Positions 42,632 through 53,924 are shown, numbered from the stretch's first letter. The stretch is DNA of 64,000 nt from an uncultured Chloroflexia bacterium (GCA_963751345.1 CAVVUS010000010.1:128001-192000), one strand, 5' to 3'. Program-made: numbers and translations. The notes: generated from the sequence alone by a model not told the origin.

Positions 42632-43966
42632 ATGTGTGGGCCCCAGCCTTTCTATGGACTGGCTCAGGCCCAGGTAGGTGATCTTCGTTTCTACGAGTTG
42701 CCTGTCGCTACTTATCCGCTTATCAAACCTATGACAGACGAATCAGACAGCGTGGACGCTAGTCCACCAAACTCTGGCCAGGGATCCAGCCCAGTTGCGA
42801 CGGGTGATCCCTGCCGAGAACAGCCCGATTTCATTGGGTGCGCCATAGCTCAGCTCACAGCGACCGTCTGGCGATGGGGACATGACCGCCAGTCTGTGGC
42901 GGCGTTTGTGGGACGCAGTAGCGCGCATCTGGCGATCATTGTGTTGGCCGTGATGATCGGCCTCGTAGGTCGCGTCGCGCTCAATCCGATGCAGGTCACC
43001 GGGTTCTCCACCTCACAATCACTCTCCTTGCCCGCTGCCGCCGAGCCCGTCGCCACGCCAACGGCTCTCGACGATGATGCCATGTCCTATGAGTTGCAGC
43101 GCCCGAGGGCCGTCGTGCGGGAAGCCAACCCCCTGACGACAATTCCGGAGCGGGTTCGCCTGGAAGTGATCACCTACACGGTACAAACGGGCGACAACAT
43201 CTTCTTCATTGCGGACAGGTTCAAGCTTGACTACACGACGATCGTCTGGTCCAACATGGAGACGTTGCAGGGAGCCCCCTGGCTGATACAGCCTGGGCTT
43301 ACGCTATCTATCCCTCCCGTCGATGGCGCTTACCACACGGTGATGGAGGGGGAAACCGTGGCCTCCCTCGCCGAGCAGTATCAAGTTTCCGCTGCTGCTC
43401 TGTACAATATGTGGAATGATATTGAGCCGGGAGCACCTCTGGCTGAGGGCAGACTGCTGGTTATCCCAGACGGCGTCGGAGAGGACTTCGACCTCGAACC
43501 GCCGCCTCCGGAACCAAGTGCACCAGCCGTGGGGGCTGCCTCGGGTAGCTGGGGGTACTGTGGCGATACGGCTGTAGCGGGGTATGGCGCCAACGGCTGG
43601 TTCATTCTTCCCACAGGCTCCTACGCGGTGTCAGGATGGACGTTCCACGATCCACGCAATCCCGGACACATTGGCCTCGACTACCGTTGTTCGCTGGGCG
43701 ATCCCATTTACGCCTCTGACGCCGGTGTGGTGGTGTGGGCAGGGTGGAACGGCGGCTACGGCAACCTCGTTCGTGTTCGCCACGGCAACGGGTTCGAGAC
43801 CTACTACGCTCACTTCAGTGCCTACGCGGTCGGTTGTGGCGATCCGGTCTATCAGGGCCAGGTTGTGGGATATTGTGGGACGACGGGATGGTCGACGGGC
43901 CCGCATCTTCACTACGAGATTCGGCTGAATGGCGCACCTCAGAATCCCAGGCTGTATGAGCCCTAG
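42632..43966 (+). CDS. LysM / M23 peptidoglycan endopeptidase, start uncertain (may be 42731)
   Basis: TM segment, two LysM-like repeats, HIGLD, YAH and GPHLHYEIR. Confidence 0.88.
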   Translation: MCGPQPFYGLAQAQVGDLRFYELPVATYPLIKPMTDESDSVDASPPNSGQGSSPVATGDPCREQPDFIGCAIAQLTATVWRWGHDRQSVAAFVGRSSAHLAIIVLAVMIGLVGRVALNPMQVTGFSTSQSLSLPAAAEPVATPTALDDDAMSYELQRPRAVVREANPLTTIPERVRLEVITYTVQTGDNIFFIADRFKLDYTTIVWSNMETLQGAPWLIQPGLTLSIPPVDGAYHTVMEGETVASLAEQYQVSAAALYNMWNDIEPGAPLAEGRLLVIPDGVGEDFDLEPPPPEPSAPAVGAASGSWGYCGDTAVAGYGANGWFILPTGSYAVSGWTFHDPRNPGHIGLDYRCSLGDPIYASDAGVVVWAGWNGGYGNLVRVRHGNGFETYYAHFSAYAVGCGDPVYQGQVVGYCGTTGWSTGPHLHYEIRLNGAPQNPRLYEP

Positions 43967-45108
43967 ATGACATCGACACGACCGACGTCTCAGGAGCACC
44001 GCGCTCGCCCTTTGGAGTTGCAGCGCCCACTGCTGCTTCGCGCTGTAGCTCGCCTGGTAGCGTTTGTCTGGCGGTGGAGCGGTGATCGTGTGGGGCAGCG
44101 CCCCACGATCGGACGAATCACAGCCCACACCGGGCTCTTCATCGTGCTTGCTCTTCTCATCGTTCTAGGAAGCCTCCGGTTGGACTCTCCCTCCTCCCTG
44201 ATGAGGATGGTAGACGCGACCATCCTCGACGGGTTCGTCCAGAACGTTGATGCTGCGTCATCTCCGGCGGAGATCGTGGAACGGCCCTACGACCGCGGGC
44301 AGTCGCAGGTGGGCATCGCACGTCAGGCTCAAGCCCACACTGCTATTCCGGATCGACCGCGATTGGAGATCATCACCTATACCGTGCAGGCGGGAGATAC
44401 CGCAGACAAGATCGCCGCGAGCTTTCGGCCTGCAGCCGACCACGCTGCTCTGGTCCAATCCGGAAATGGAGAAGATGCCTGACCTGCTTCGCGTGGGCCA
44501 GGTCCTGACTATTCTGCCGCTTGATGGTGCCTACTACACTGTCGGCGTGAGTGATACGCTCGAGAGCATCGCCGACGTCTACAGCGTCGACGTCAGCGAT
44601 ATCGCGAATTGTCCCTTCAATGAGATTCCGCAGGGTGGGACTTTGGCCGAGGGCCTGCAGCTCGTCGTGCCCGGTGGAACGAAGCCTTACGAGTCGCGCG
44701 ACGTCATTACGGCTTATGACGGCCCCGTTCCTGAGGATGCCCAGGTGTTGGGGCTGTTCTCGTGGCCGACCTCGGGTGTCTTGACCCAGGGGTATTGGTA
44801 CGGACATCGGGCGATTGACATCGGTGGGTTCATCGGCGAGGCTATCAGAGCCTCGGACGGCGGATACGTGAGCTACGCAGGGTGGACCGATATCGGCTAT
44901 GGTTACTCTGATCGTCCTCGATCATCAGAACGGATTCCAGACGTATTACGCGCACCTGAGCAACATCCTCGTGAATGAGGGGCAGACGGTCGCTGCGACG
45001 CAGGTCATCGGCGAGATGGGCAGCACGGGCAACTCGACCGGTCCGCATCTGCACTTCGAGATACGCTACGACGGGTATCCTACAAACCCGTTGATTTACC
45101 TTCCGTAA
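43967..45108 (+). CDS. Second LysM / M23 peptidase, frameshifts near 44424 and 44905
   Basis: Three ORF pieces join into EIITYTVQAGD...HRAID...YYAHL...GPHLHFEIR. Confidence 0.82.
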
Positions 45109-45152
45109 TCGCCTTCAACATTTCAGAGGCCGGGCCGGAGCTGAAGATACCT

Positions 45153-45177
45153 GCGAGCCGCAAGGCTCGCGTTTTTG
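45153..45177 (+). terminator. Intrinsic terminator
   Basis: GCGAGCC-GCAA-GGCTCGC followed by GTTTTTG. Confidence 0.75.
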
Positions 45178-45197
45178 TTACCTACAAGGAGACGCTC

Positions 45198-45836
45198 TTG
45201 GAACTCACCATCGAGGAGGTCCGCCCACTGTATGGTGAGGCGGACAGTGTTCACGACTTCGACCATATTCTGCGCGTCCTTACACTGGCCGAGCGCATCG
45301 CCAAGTCGGAGGGCGCCGATCTGTCTATAGTGCGTACTGCGGCGCTACTCCACGACTGGGGACGCGCCGAGGCGCAGACCGGTGGACTCAACCACGCCCG
45401 GGTCGCAGCGGATCGCGCGGAATCTTACCTGCGGAGTCGGGGAGGGGCCGAAGCGATGCTCCAAGCCGTCTGTCACGCCATACTGGCGCACCGGTTCCGG
45501 GCCGAACCGATGCCGGAGACGTTGGAGGCCAAGACGCTCTTCGATGCGGATAAGCTCGATGCAATCGGGGCGATTGGCATCGCGCGGGCGTTCGCCTATG
45601 GCGGGGCTCACAACCAGCGACTCTGGGCCCCCCGTGATGCCGTCGACGTCGCACGTTGGCAGCAGATGGGGGACGATCCGGATGCCCACACGCCGGTGCA
45701 CGAGTTTGTCGTGAAGCTGGCGCGGATCAAGGATCAGCTTTACACGGCGGAAGGCCGGCGCATTGCCGAGGAACGGCACCGCTATATGGCTGCCTTCTAC
45801 GATCGCCTGGATGCCGAGGTCCGCGGGGAGATGTGA
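45198..45836 (+). CDS. HD-domain phosphohydrolase (YedJ-like)
   Basis: HDFDH, LLHD and DADKLDAIGAIGIAR. Confidence 0.9.
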   Translation: MELTIEEVRPLYGEADSVHDFDHILRVLTLAERIAKSEGADLSIVRTAALLHDWGRAEAQTGGLNHARVAADRAESYLRSRGGAEAMLQAVCHAILAHRFRAEPMPETLEAKTLFDADKLDAIGAIGIARAFAYGGAHNQRLWAPRDAVDVARWQQMGDDPDAHTPVHEFVVKLARIKDQLYTAEGRRIAEERHRYMAAFYDRLDAEVRGEM

Positions 45837-45844
45837 GGCTGAGG

Positions 45845-45880
45845 AGATTGGTCCAATCTGTCGCTGGATTGGACCAATCT
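45845..45880. terminator. Hairpin between convergent HD gene and lysS
   Basis: AGATTGGTCCAATC-8nt-GATTGGACCAATCT. Confidence 0.6.
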
Positions 45881-45890
45881 TGAGTCTTCT

Positions 45891-47401
45891 TTACTCGCGC
45901 GGACGTAGGTGCGGGTAGAGCAAGACGTCGCGAATTGAGTGGTTATCGGTGAACAACATCGCCAGGCGGTCGATCCCCACGCCAAAGCCCCCGTTGGGGG
46001 GCATGCCGTATTTCATCGCCCGCAGGTAGTCCTCGTCCATCGGCTGGGCCTCTTGGTCTCCCGCGTCCATCTCGCGGCCCTGCTGCAGGAAGCGCTGCTC
46101 CTGCTCAAAGGGATCGTTGAGCTCGGTGAAAGCATTGCCCAGCTCTAGGCCACCGATGAACAGCTCGAAGCGCTCAACGTGTGTCGCGTCGTCAGGCTTC
46201 TGTTTGGCGAGCGGCGAGATCTCTACGGGATAGTCGTGGACGAAGGTGGGCGCGATCAGGCCTGGCTCCGCCTCTCCCGAGCAGATTGTCGACCAGGTGC
46301 CCCCAAGTGGCGTCGCCGGCAGCATCGAACCCCCGGTCGCGCATGACACCCCGCAAGTGCGTCCGCATCGGGGAAGGCCGTGTAGTCGATGCCTGTCCGC
46401 TCAAGAATAGCCTCACGCAGCGTCATGCGGCGCCAGGGAGGCGTCAGGTCGATCTCATGGCCGGCATAGGTAAGGTGTGTCGATCCGAGCGTCCGCTCCG
46501 CCGCATACGAGAGCAACTGCTCTACGGTCTCCATGACGTGGTAGAGGTCGGCGTAAGCGCAGTAGAACTCGAGTTGGGTGAACTCGGGGTTGTGCTTGTA
46601 GGAAACGCCCTCATTCCGGAAGTCGCGCCCAATCTCGTAGACCCGCTCGTACATCCCGACCAGCAGCCGCTTGAGGTAGAGCTCAAAGGAGATCCGCAGA
46701 TATAGATCCTGCTTGAGCTGGTTGTGATAGGTGGTGAAGGGACGTGCCGCAGCGCCGCCGTAGATGGGCTGGAGTACAGGTGTCTCGACCTCAAGATAGC
46801 CATGCTCATCAAGCCAGGAACGTAAGGCTGTGATCATGCGCGAACGAACTCGAAAGTCCTCGCGCACCTTCGGGTTGACTGCGAGGTCCGCATATCGCTG
46901 CCGATAGCGCTCCTCAACATCGGAGAACGCGCCAAAACGCCTGACGTTGCCTTGCTCATCCTCGACTTCTTTGGAGATGGGGAGGGGGGTGATGGCCTTG
47001 GCCAGCATACGCAGGGTCGTCGTCTGGACGCTTATCTCGCCCGACCGGGTGCGCATCATCGTGCCACCGGCTTCGATGAAATCGCCCAAGTCCACGGTGG
47101 TCTTGAAGAGCTCGTAGGGCTCCTCGCCAAGGTCGTTACGTCGGACGAACAACTGCAGCCGGCCACTGCCATCCTCGATATGGGCGAAGGTGAGTCTGCC
47201 CATATCTCGCATGCTGATGACCCTTCCCGTGACCGTTACCTGCGGAGCGGCTGTTCCGTCGGCCTCGGTGGCGTCAAACTCCTGGATGGCTTGATGGATG
47301 GTGTGTGTGCGATATGAGCGATGGGGGTAGGGTGAGATGCCGGCCGAAAGCAGCCGGTTCATCTTCTCCAGGCGTTGTTTCTCTAGATCGTTGAGCTCCA
47401 T
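45891..47401 (-). CDS. lysS: Lysine--tRNA ligase (class II), two +1 G homopolymer frameshifts near 46350 and 46277
   Basis: [28 protein letters not shown] and [15 protein letters not shown]. Confidence 0.95.
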
Positions 47402-47411
47402 ATCGAGGCAC

Positions 47412-47888
47412 CTAGCTGATCGTGATAATCTCGAAGACGAGATCTCCATCCGGTGCCCGGACCACGGCCTTGTCGCCGACTCGTTTCCCAATGAGCGCCT
47501 TTCCGAGCGGCGATTCGTTGGAAATGCGGCCATTCTTGGGATCGGCCTCAGAAGAGCCTACGACAAAGTACTCCTCGTCGGTGGCGGCTCCATCCTCTTT
47601 GACTTTGACGGTGTTGCCAATGCCGACCGTATCAGTATCCACTCCCGATTTCGCGATAATGTGCGCCTTACGCAGGCTCTCCTCGAGATCCAGGATCCTG
47701 CCTTCCACGAACGCTTGTTCGCTTCGGGCTATCTCCAGCTCGGCATTCTCAATCAGTTCGCCTTCGCCAAGTGCGTTGTGTAGTCTCTCCGCAACTTCCT
47801 GGCGGCGAACTGATTTCAGGTACTCCAACTCCTCTTCAAGAGCCGTGTATCCTTCTTGGGTCAGGTATACTACAGCACGACTACTCAT
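47412..47888 (-). CDS. greA: Transcription elongation factor GreA
   Basis: LTQEGY, GELIENAE and ISNESPLGKALIG. Confidence 0.95.
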   Translation of the reverse strand: MSSRAVVYLTQEGYTALEEELEYLKSVRRQEVAERLHNALGEGELIENAELEIARSEQAFVEGRILDLEESLRKAHIIAKSGVDTDTVGIGNTVKVKEDGAATDEEYFVVGSSEADPKNGRISNESPLGKALIGKRVGDKAVVRAPDGDLVFEIITIS

Positions 47889-47936
47889 TGCACACATTCC
47901 TCCGGGCCGCTGTCCGTGAAGTGTCAGGGCCATGAT

Positions 47937-48006
47937 AAAAACAAAACCCGAGAGCCCCGGGGCTCACAGGTTCGGCCATTATACCATTGATTCTAGGGTT
48001 TGTAAA
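47937..48006 (-). promoter_or_regulatory. greA promoter followed by a leader hairpin and U-tract (attenuator-like)
   Basis: TTTACA-17-TATAAT (48006-47978), then AACCTG-T-GAGCC-CCGG-GGCTC-T-CGGGTTTTGTTTTT. Confidence 0.72.
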
Positions 48007-48088
48007 GTCAGACAAAAGTAAGAAACTGTCGACACCCTGTAGGATGGGGCTGCGTCCGCCCCGCCCGGCCGGATTGTAGGGAGTTGCC

Positions 48089-49327
48089 TCACGCCTCCGT
48101 ATCCGCTAGTATGACGGGAAGCGTGAAATAGAACGTGCTCCCCTTGTCTTCCTCGCTTTCGCCCCAGATTTGACCTCGATGTGCTTCGACGATCTGGCGG
48201 GCCACGACTAAGCCCAACCCCGTACCACTTGCTTCCAATTCGCTCCCGCGAAGCCGGTGGAATTTCTGAAAGAGCTGTGGTAACTGATCCGCCGGGATGC
48301 CTGGCCCCGTGTCTGTGACACTCACTTTGATCGTGTCCCCATCGCTTGCAGCCCCGACGGATATCGTGTCGCCCGGGTCGGAGTACTTGATGGCATTGTT
48401 CAGCAGGTTGAGCAGCACTTGATGTAGACGTGCACGATCCCCCACCGTCGGCGGCAAGGGCTCATGGACGTCGACGTGCACGACCCGATCTAGTTGTTCT
48501 GCATTGGGTCGGATGACGCTCACGGCACGATCGATCAATTCATCCATTCGTATGATATCTCGCGCCATGCTGATGCGACCTGATTCCAGGCGTGCCAGGT
48601 CGAGGAACTGGCTCGCCAGACTGCTCACCCGCTCCGTCTCTTGTTGGATCGTGACGACAAATCGCTCACGCGTCTGCTCGTCAAGATCGGGGCGCAGCAA
48701 CAGATCTGCATATGATAGGATAGCGGTCAGCGGCGTCCTGATCTCGTGGACGACTTCAGCCACCCAGTCACTTTGCTGAAACAGCCGGGCATTCTCGACG
48801 GCCACAGCGGCCACACCCGCCAGCGTTTCTATGGTCTCCTGATCCTGCTGCGTGAAAGTGTGGCGAGACTTGGTGGTCACGGATTCGAGGACGCCGATCA
48901 CCCGATCCCCGAAGATCATTGGCATAGCGATCATCGATTGGGTGGCATCGATAGCACGGATGCTATAGACGCGGGAGTCAGCCTGGGCGTCCTCAAGCAC
49001 AGCCATCTCACCATGGCGCACGACCCAGCCGGCCAGACTGTTCTGCATAGGCACTTCGGTCCCGTCGAGGATTCCAGACTCCGGGCCCGTGGCAGCTGCA
49101 AATCGCAGGGTCCCCTCCCCCTCCATAAGCAGGATGGAAGCACCATCAGCGTTCGTGAGGTCCCTCGCGGACTCAACGATCTGCAACAGCAGGGGCCGCA
49201 TCTCAAGTGTGGAGTTGAGTCGGCGACTAACGCTCAGCAGCCGCTCAAGGATGGTGATGGTCTCTCGAAGCGTCACCGCCTGGTCTTCTGGCTCCGCGAC
49301 TTCCCGCTGGTACATTGTACTCATCAT
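48089..49327 (-). CDS. GAF-domain sensor histidine kinase
   Basis: GAF domain, HEIRTPL, NLLNNAIKY, DTGPGI and GTGLGL. Confidence 0.92.
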   Translation of the reverse strand: MMSTMYQREVAEPEDQAVTLRETITILERLLSVSRRLNSTLEMRPLLLQIVESARDLTNADGASILLMEGEGTLRFAAATGPESGILDGTEVPMQNSLAGWVVRHGEMAVLEDAQADSRVYSIRAIDATQSMIAMPMIFGDRVIGVLESVTTKSRHTFTQQDQETIETLAGVAAVAVENARLFQQSDWVAEVVHEIRTPLTAILSYADLLLRPDLDEQTRERFVVTIQQETERVSSLASQFLDLARLESGRISMARDIIRMDELIDRAVSVIRPNAEQLDRVVHVDVHEPLPPTVGDRARLHQVLLNLLNNAIKYSDPGDTISVGAASDGDTIKVSVTDTGPGIPADQLPQLFQKFHRLRGSELEASGTGLGLVVARQIVEAHRGQIWGESEEDKGSTFYFTLPVILADTEA

Positions 49328-49349
49328 CCGGAGGCGGCGGCGACGATGC

Positions 49350-50498
49350 TCAGTCCCCGACGATGGCCTGGACGACCCGCCGAACCTGTTGAGCCACGAG
49401 ACCATGTGGCTGAATTTCCACCATCGGTTTGCCATTCTCCACACTCTCGTAGGCAAGATCCGGCATCAGCGGAATCCCGGCGATCATCTCACGGTGGAGC
49501 GTTTGCTCGATCACATAGCGGTTCAACGCGCCGGCAGCGGGGACGCGGTGGATCAACACGACGCGGGTTTTCTCCCTGCCGATGCCGAGCACATCCAAGG
49601 CGTCTAGCATCGCCTGCGCTAGCGCAAAGCCGATGCGGCTGGGCTCAAGTGTGATGATGATGAGATCACACATGCTAAGAGCTTCCCGACAGCCTCCATC
49701 AAGTCGGCAGGGAAGGTCAAGCAACATGTAGTCGTACTCCGTGCTCAAGTATCTCAGGATGGTGTGTGCCAGCCCTTTGTTGAGCCCCGGCCCCGAGCCT
49801 ACCGGTCTTGGAGATGCAAGCAGAGCACGCAAACCGGTTGGGTGCTCGACCATGTGCTCGCGCAGGGTTTCCTTGGTGATGTAGGACAATGGCTTGTTCA
49901 GCAGGACGGAGAGCCCAAACTCTGCCTCCGCAGCGGGGTCGAGACCGAGCTGTAGCCCCAAGGTGCCGTTCCCTTCGAGGAGCTCAACCACTGCGCTGGA
50001 AGCGTTCTGGTGCATCCGAGCTAGCTCGATAGCGGTATTGAGCACGAGGGTGCTGGTGCCCAGTCCGCCCTTTGTCGGGAGGAATCCGATGATGTCGCTT
50101 CGCTTCGACTCTTCGTCGGGGTGGGTCTGACGAGCCAAGAGGGCTTCAACCCGCGTAATCAGCTCGCCAGGACGTACCGGCTTCGTCAGGTAGTCATCCG
50201 CGCCGGCCTGGAATCCGGCGATCCTATCATTGACTGCGTTCCTGGCAGAGAACATCAGAATGGGGATCGACTCAGTGGCCGGATGGCTGCGCAGTTTGGC
50301 CGCGACCTCGTAACCACTTATGTCGGGCATCATCACATCGAGAATCACAAGTGCAGGATGAGCCTCGATTGCTTTGTCCAGCGCTTGTTGGCCATTCGAG
50401 GCAGCGAGGATCTGGTAGCCTTGGCGCTCGAGCATCAAGCCTATGAGTCTGAGGGCATCGACATCATCATCGGCAATCAGGATCTGGCGAGGTTCCAT
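49350..50498 (-). CDS. Response regulator receiver fused to a MinD/ParA-like (CpaE-like) ATPase domain
   Basis: ILIADDD, LDVMMP, KP and the deviant Walker A TKGGLGTS. Confidence 0.85.
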   Translation of the reverse strand: MEPRQILIADDDVDALRLIGLMLERQGYQILAASNGQQALDKAIEAHPALVILDVMMPDISGYEVAAKLRSHPATESIPILMFSARNAVNDRIAGFQAGADDYLTKPVRPGELITRVEALLARQTHPDEESKRSDIIGFLPTKGGLGTSTLVLNTAIELARMHQNASSAVVELLEGNGTLGLQLGLDPAAEAEFGLSVLLNKPLSYITKETLREHMVEHPTGLRALLASPRPVGSGPGLNKGLAHTILRYLSTEYDYMLLDLPCRLDGGCREALSMCDLIIITLEPSRIGFALAQAMLDALDVLGIGREKTRVVLIHRVPAAGALNRYVIEQTLHREMIAGIPLMPDLAYESVENGKPMVEIQPHGLVAQQVRRVVQAIVGD

Positions 50499-50581
50499 AG
50501 AGTGCTCTCACTTTCTTGACCTGGGCCAATCCCATTATAATGTGAAGGCTGTCATACCTCAAGTTCGCGCAGACTTGACGG

Positions 50582-52115
50582 CTAGAACGCGAAACGTGCG
50601 AAGAGGTAGCCGATAACGGCAATGATCGCGATGATGATGAGGCCAAACTCTGTCGTGCGGCGAAGCGCCTCACTCTCGCCTCCGCTTAGCCCTACCGTGC
50701 TGCATCCCACGATGATCTTCGCAGGTGCGAAAATGGAGCCCACGGCGGCACCGGCGTTGTGAAGCGCCAGGATGAGCGGGGCAAATAAGCCCAAGGTCTC
50801 GGCGACCTGGAGCTGAAAGGCGCCCAGTAGGACATTGGAGTTCGTGTTGCTGCCGGTCATAAATGCCCCCATCGCTCCAATGAAGGGCGAAATCAGGGGG
50901 AAGAGGCCACCGGCCAGGGCGGCCATTGCCGTCGCAAGCGTCGAGACCATTCCGGAGGTCTGCATTGTCGTGGCCATCGCCATCATGGCCAGGATGCCCA
51001 GGGTCGACTTTACCCCGCTTTTCAGCACTCCATTGCGGATCTTCGTGCCGCTTCCAGGCGGTAGTCGATCCTGTAGTTTGGCCAAGGCCGAGCGAGATCA
51101 CCGCGGCATAGACCAATTGGGCGCCCGGGTGACCCAGGATGGAGATAGCCTTGGTCTTGCCGGCCGGAATCACCGTGCCATCCCTAAGGGTTAGTGAAGG
51201 CATGTTGAACTGGAGCACCCAGTGGTTTAGCAGCGTATCGATGAACGGAACGAAGTTGACCACCATAATGATCGAGATCAGCAAGACATAGGGCAGAAGA
51301 CGCAAAGCCAGCTGTTGTGCCGGAACCTTCTCGCCGTCGTCGGCTGCCGAGCGCCTTCGCAGAACTGCCCACAAAGCGCCAACGAGAAGGCCCGCAAGGG
51401 CTCCCAGCATAGCAGCAATGTTGGGCACTCCGACCCGCACAGCCAGATATTGGCCGATGCTCATTGCCAGGGCCATCGAGATCATCGGCCCCAATTCCTG
51501 CCAGGGGTGGTCCTTGTCTCTACCAATACGCAGGACGATGAAACCGACCTGAAAACAGACAATGCCCAGCATGACCGCCATCCAGGGAGCGATGACTGCG
51601 CCATTCACTCCCGTCGCCGAGATGAGCGCCTCATATGAAGCTCCCAGCGAGCCAAACGAGACGGCCCAGCCGTGTCCCAGGGAGGGCATCACAACCGCGT
51701 CCAGCGCGGGGAACCCTAGCGTCACGAGAATTGGGGCCACGACTGCCACCGGCACACCGAAGCCGCCTACACCTTGGAGGAACGAAGCAAAGCCCCATGC
51801 AAGCAGCAGTACCTGCAGCGTCCGCCCTGGTGCCAGACGCTGCAGCAATTCGCTCATAGCCTTCAGCGTTCCGTCCGCTTCGGTGACGCGGAAGAAGAGC
51901 AGCGCACCCCAGATGATGTACAGGACGTACGCAGCCCGGAAAAAGCCTTCGATCTGTGCCCAAAGAAGGACGTTGGGACTTGCCCCGAAGCGTAAGCCCG
52001 CAATCAGCAGTGCCGCGATCCAGCCGGCGGCGCCCGCCTTTGAGCCGCCCCACTTGAAACCCGCCATGAGGACGAGAATGATAACCAACGGTATCGTAGC
52101 CAGGAAGATATCCAT
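50582..52115 (-). CDS. lctP: L-lactate permease (LctP family), frameshift near 51089
   Basis: FLQGVGGFGVPVAV, SFGSLG and GAFMTGSNTNSNVL. Confidence 0.85.
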
Positions 52116-52223
52116 GGAGATTCGCCTTATCTGTGGACCAAAGCCGCGTCACCCTTCAAGAGGAAGCTGGGCGACACGCATTCACACGAGGTTATTGGGC
52201 TCAACACGAGGCTATTCTAGCAC

Positions 52224-52285
52224 AGAGAATCAAGAATCGAAAAATGGAGAATCTTAGATTCTTCGATTCTCCATTCTTCGACTCT
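52224..52285. repeat. Inverted array of 7-bp AGAATC-like units downstream of dnaA
   Basis: agagaatcaagaatcgaaaaatggagaatc-tta-gattcttcgattctccattcttcgactct. Confidence 0.65.
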
Positions 52286-53628
52286 TAGTTTTCGCCGTAG
52301 AGCTGGCCTTTGAGCAACATCATTTCGCGCTTGAATTGGTCGTCCTGCTCCAAGCGCACGCGCACGCGCTCATACCCATAGAGCACGGTTGTGTGGTCGC
52401 GCCCGCCCAGCTCGGCGCCAATCTGTGGAAGCGAAGCATCCGTCTCCTCGCGCATAAGGTACATCACGATCTGGCGAGGTTGAGCAATCCGACGCGTCCG
52501 TCGACTTCCCCGGAGTTCCTCGGGGGTGACGCCGAAGAAACTACCGACGGCCTTGACGATATCGTCGGCAGAGACCTCCGGGCGGTTCGGCAGCAAATCG
52601 GCCAGCGCTTTCTCGGCAACCTGTTTGTTCAGGGGGAGATCGGTCAGGCGGCTCATTGCCAGAACGCGATTCAGCGCGCCCTCCAGTTCTCGGATGTTGC
52701 TCTCGATATTCGTCGCGATGTAGCTGAGGAGGTCATTGGGGACCACGACGTTGATGCGCTCTGCCTTGGATTGGAGAATGGCCATACGCGTCTCATAGTC
52801 GGGCGGTTGGATGTCGACGATCAGGCCCCACTCGAATCTTGACCGTAGTCTTTCCTCGAGTGTGACCATAGCTTTGGGTACTCGGTCGCTGCTCAGGACG
52901 ATCTGGCGACCATTATCTCGCAGGGCGTTGAAGGTGTGAAAGAACTCCTCCTGTGTGCTCTCTTTCCCCGCGATGAACTGGATATCGTCGACCAGCAGCA
53001 CGTCTGCCGTCCGATACTTCTCCCGGAACTGCTCGGTCGTATGGGTCCGGATCGACTCGATCAACCCATTGGTGAACGTCTCGGACGTGATATAGAGCAC
53101 CTGCATTCCCCTGCAATAGCAGAGGTGCCCGATGGCATGCAACAAGTGGGTCTTGCCCAGCCCCACGCCGCCGTGGATGAAGAGCGGATTGTACGCGCGA
53201 GCCGGAGACTCGGCGACGGCTTGCGATGCCGCCTGAGCGAGCCGATTGCTCGGACCGACGACGAAGGATTCGAACGTGTAGTCGCTGTTGAGGCCAGGAT
53301 CTCGCGGCAGTTCTTGCGGCATCGTATTCTCTTCTTGGAAGATCACGGGAACGCTATTGTCTGTCTGCTTGGCGTCCCACACCACGAAGCGAGCTTCCAT
53401 ATCGCCGCCCGTGAGCCGGGCCAGAGTGCGCTTGATAACGGGATAAAGACGGTTCTCCAACCACTCTACGGCATAGCCATTCTTGACGCCAATGACCAAC
53501 GTGCCTTCATTCTCGACACCAATACAATGAGTATCTCGCAACCACGTATCAAACGTCGCCCGAGCCATCTTGAGCTCCAGCTCGCCCAGCGTGGCCTGCC
53601 ATATTCTTTGAGGATTGAGATCGTTCAT
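52285..53628 (-). CDS. dnaA: Chromosomal replication initiator DnaA
   Basis: [29 protein letters not shown] and [17 protein letters not shown]. Confidence 0.98.
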   Translation of the reverse strand: MNDLNPQRIWQATLGELELKMARATFDTWLRDTHCIGVENEGTLVIGVKNGYAVEWLENRLYPVIKRTLARLTGGDMEARFVVWDAKQTDNSVPVIFQEENTMPQELPRDPGLNSDYTFESFVVGPSNRLAQAASQAVAESPARAYNPLFIHGGVGLGKTHLLHAIGHLCYCRGMQVLYITSETFTNGLIESIRTHTTEQFREKYRTADVLLVDDIQFIAGKESTQEEFFHTFNALRDNGRQIVLSSDRVPKAMVTLEERLRSRFEWGLIVDIQPPDYETRMAILQSKAERINVVVPNDLLSYIATNIESNIRELEGALNRVLAMSRLTDLPLNKQVAEKALADLLPNRPEVSADDIVKAVGSFFGVTPEELRGSRRTRRIAQPRQIVMYLMREETDASLPQIGAELGGRDHTTVLYGYERVRVRLEQDDQFKREMMLLKGQLYGEN

Positions 53629-53895
53629 GCAGATCTCCTTGTGTTTGAGTGACGCAAAACGTCTCCTTACCAGCAACAGATCACTGCCGAAGAAATGTAT
53701 CTGAGACTCTCCAGCATCCGCTGGAGAAATCCTGAGGTGGTATCCGGCCGGCCGGAGGTCCTGATCTTGCCGCAACCCGGTGCCGGGGATGGTTTTCCCC
53801 AAGAAGCTTCCGCGTTGCCCCCCCACCCTTAACTGTTCTCAGGACGGTTGGGACTATCCTGAAGGCCCTAGGGCTCTTGCCAGATCACCACTGAC

Positions 53896-53924
53896 ATTCT
53901 ACCAAAAAGCGGGCCTTCATGCAA
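53896..53924 (-). promoter_or_regulatory. dnaA promoter
   Basis: TTGCAT-17-TAGAAT with an extended TG on the minus strand. Confidence 0.65.

Noticed and set aside
53629-53826. 66-aa N-terminal extension of DnaA
   Set aside because: The AAGGAG RBS precedes ATG at 53628 and DnaA similarity starts there. The upstream region looks like structured RNA.
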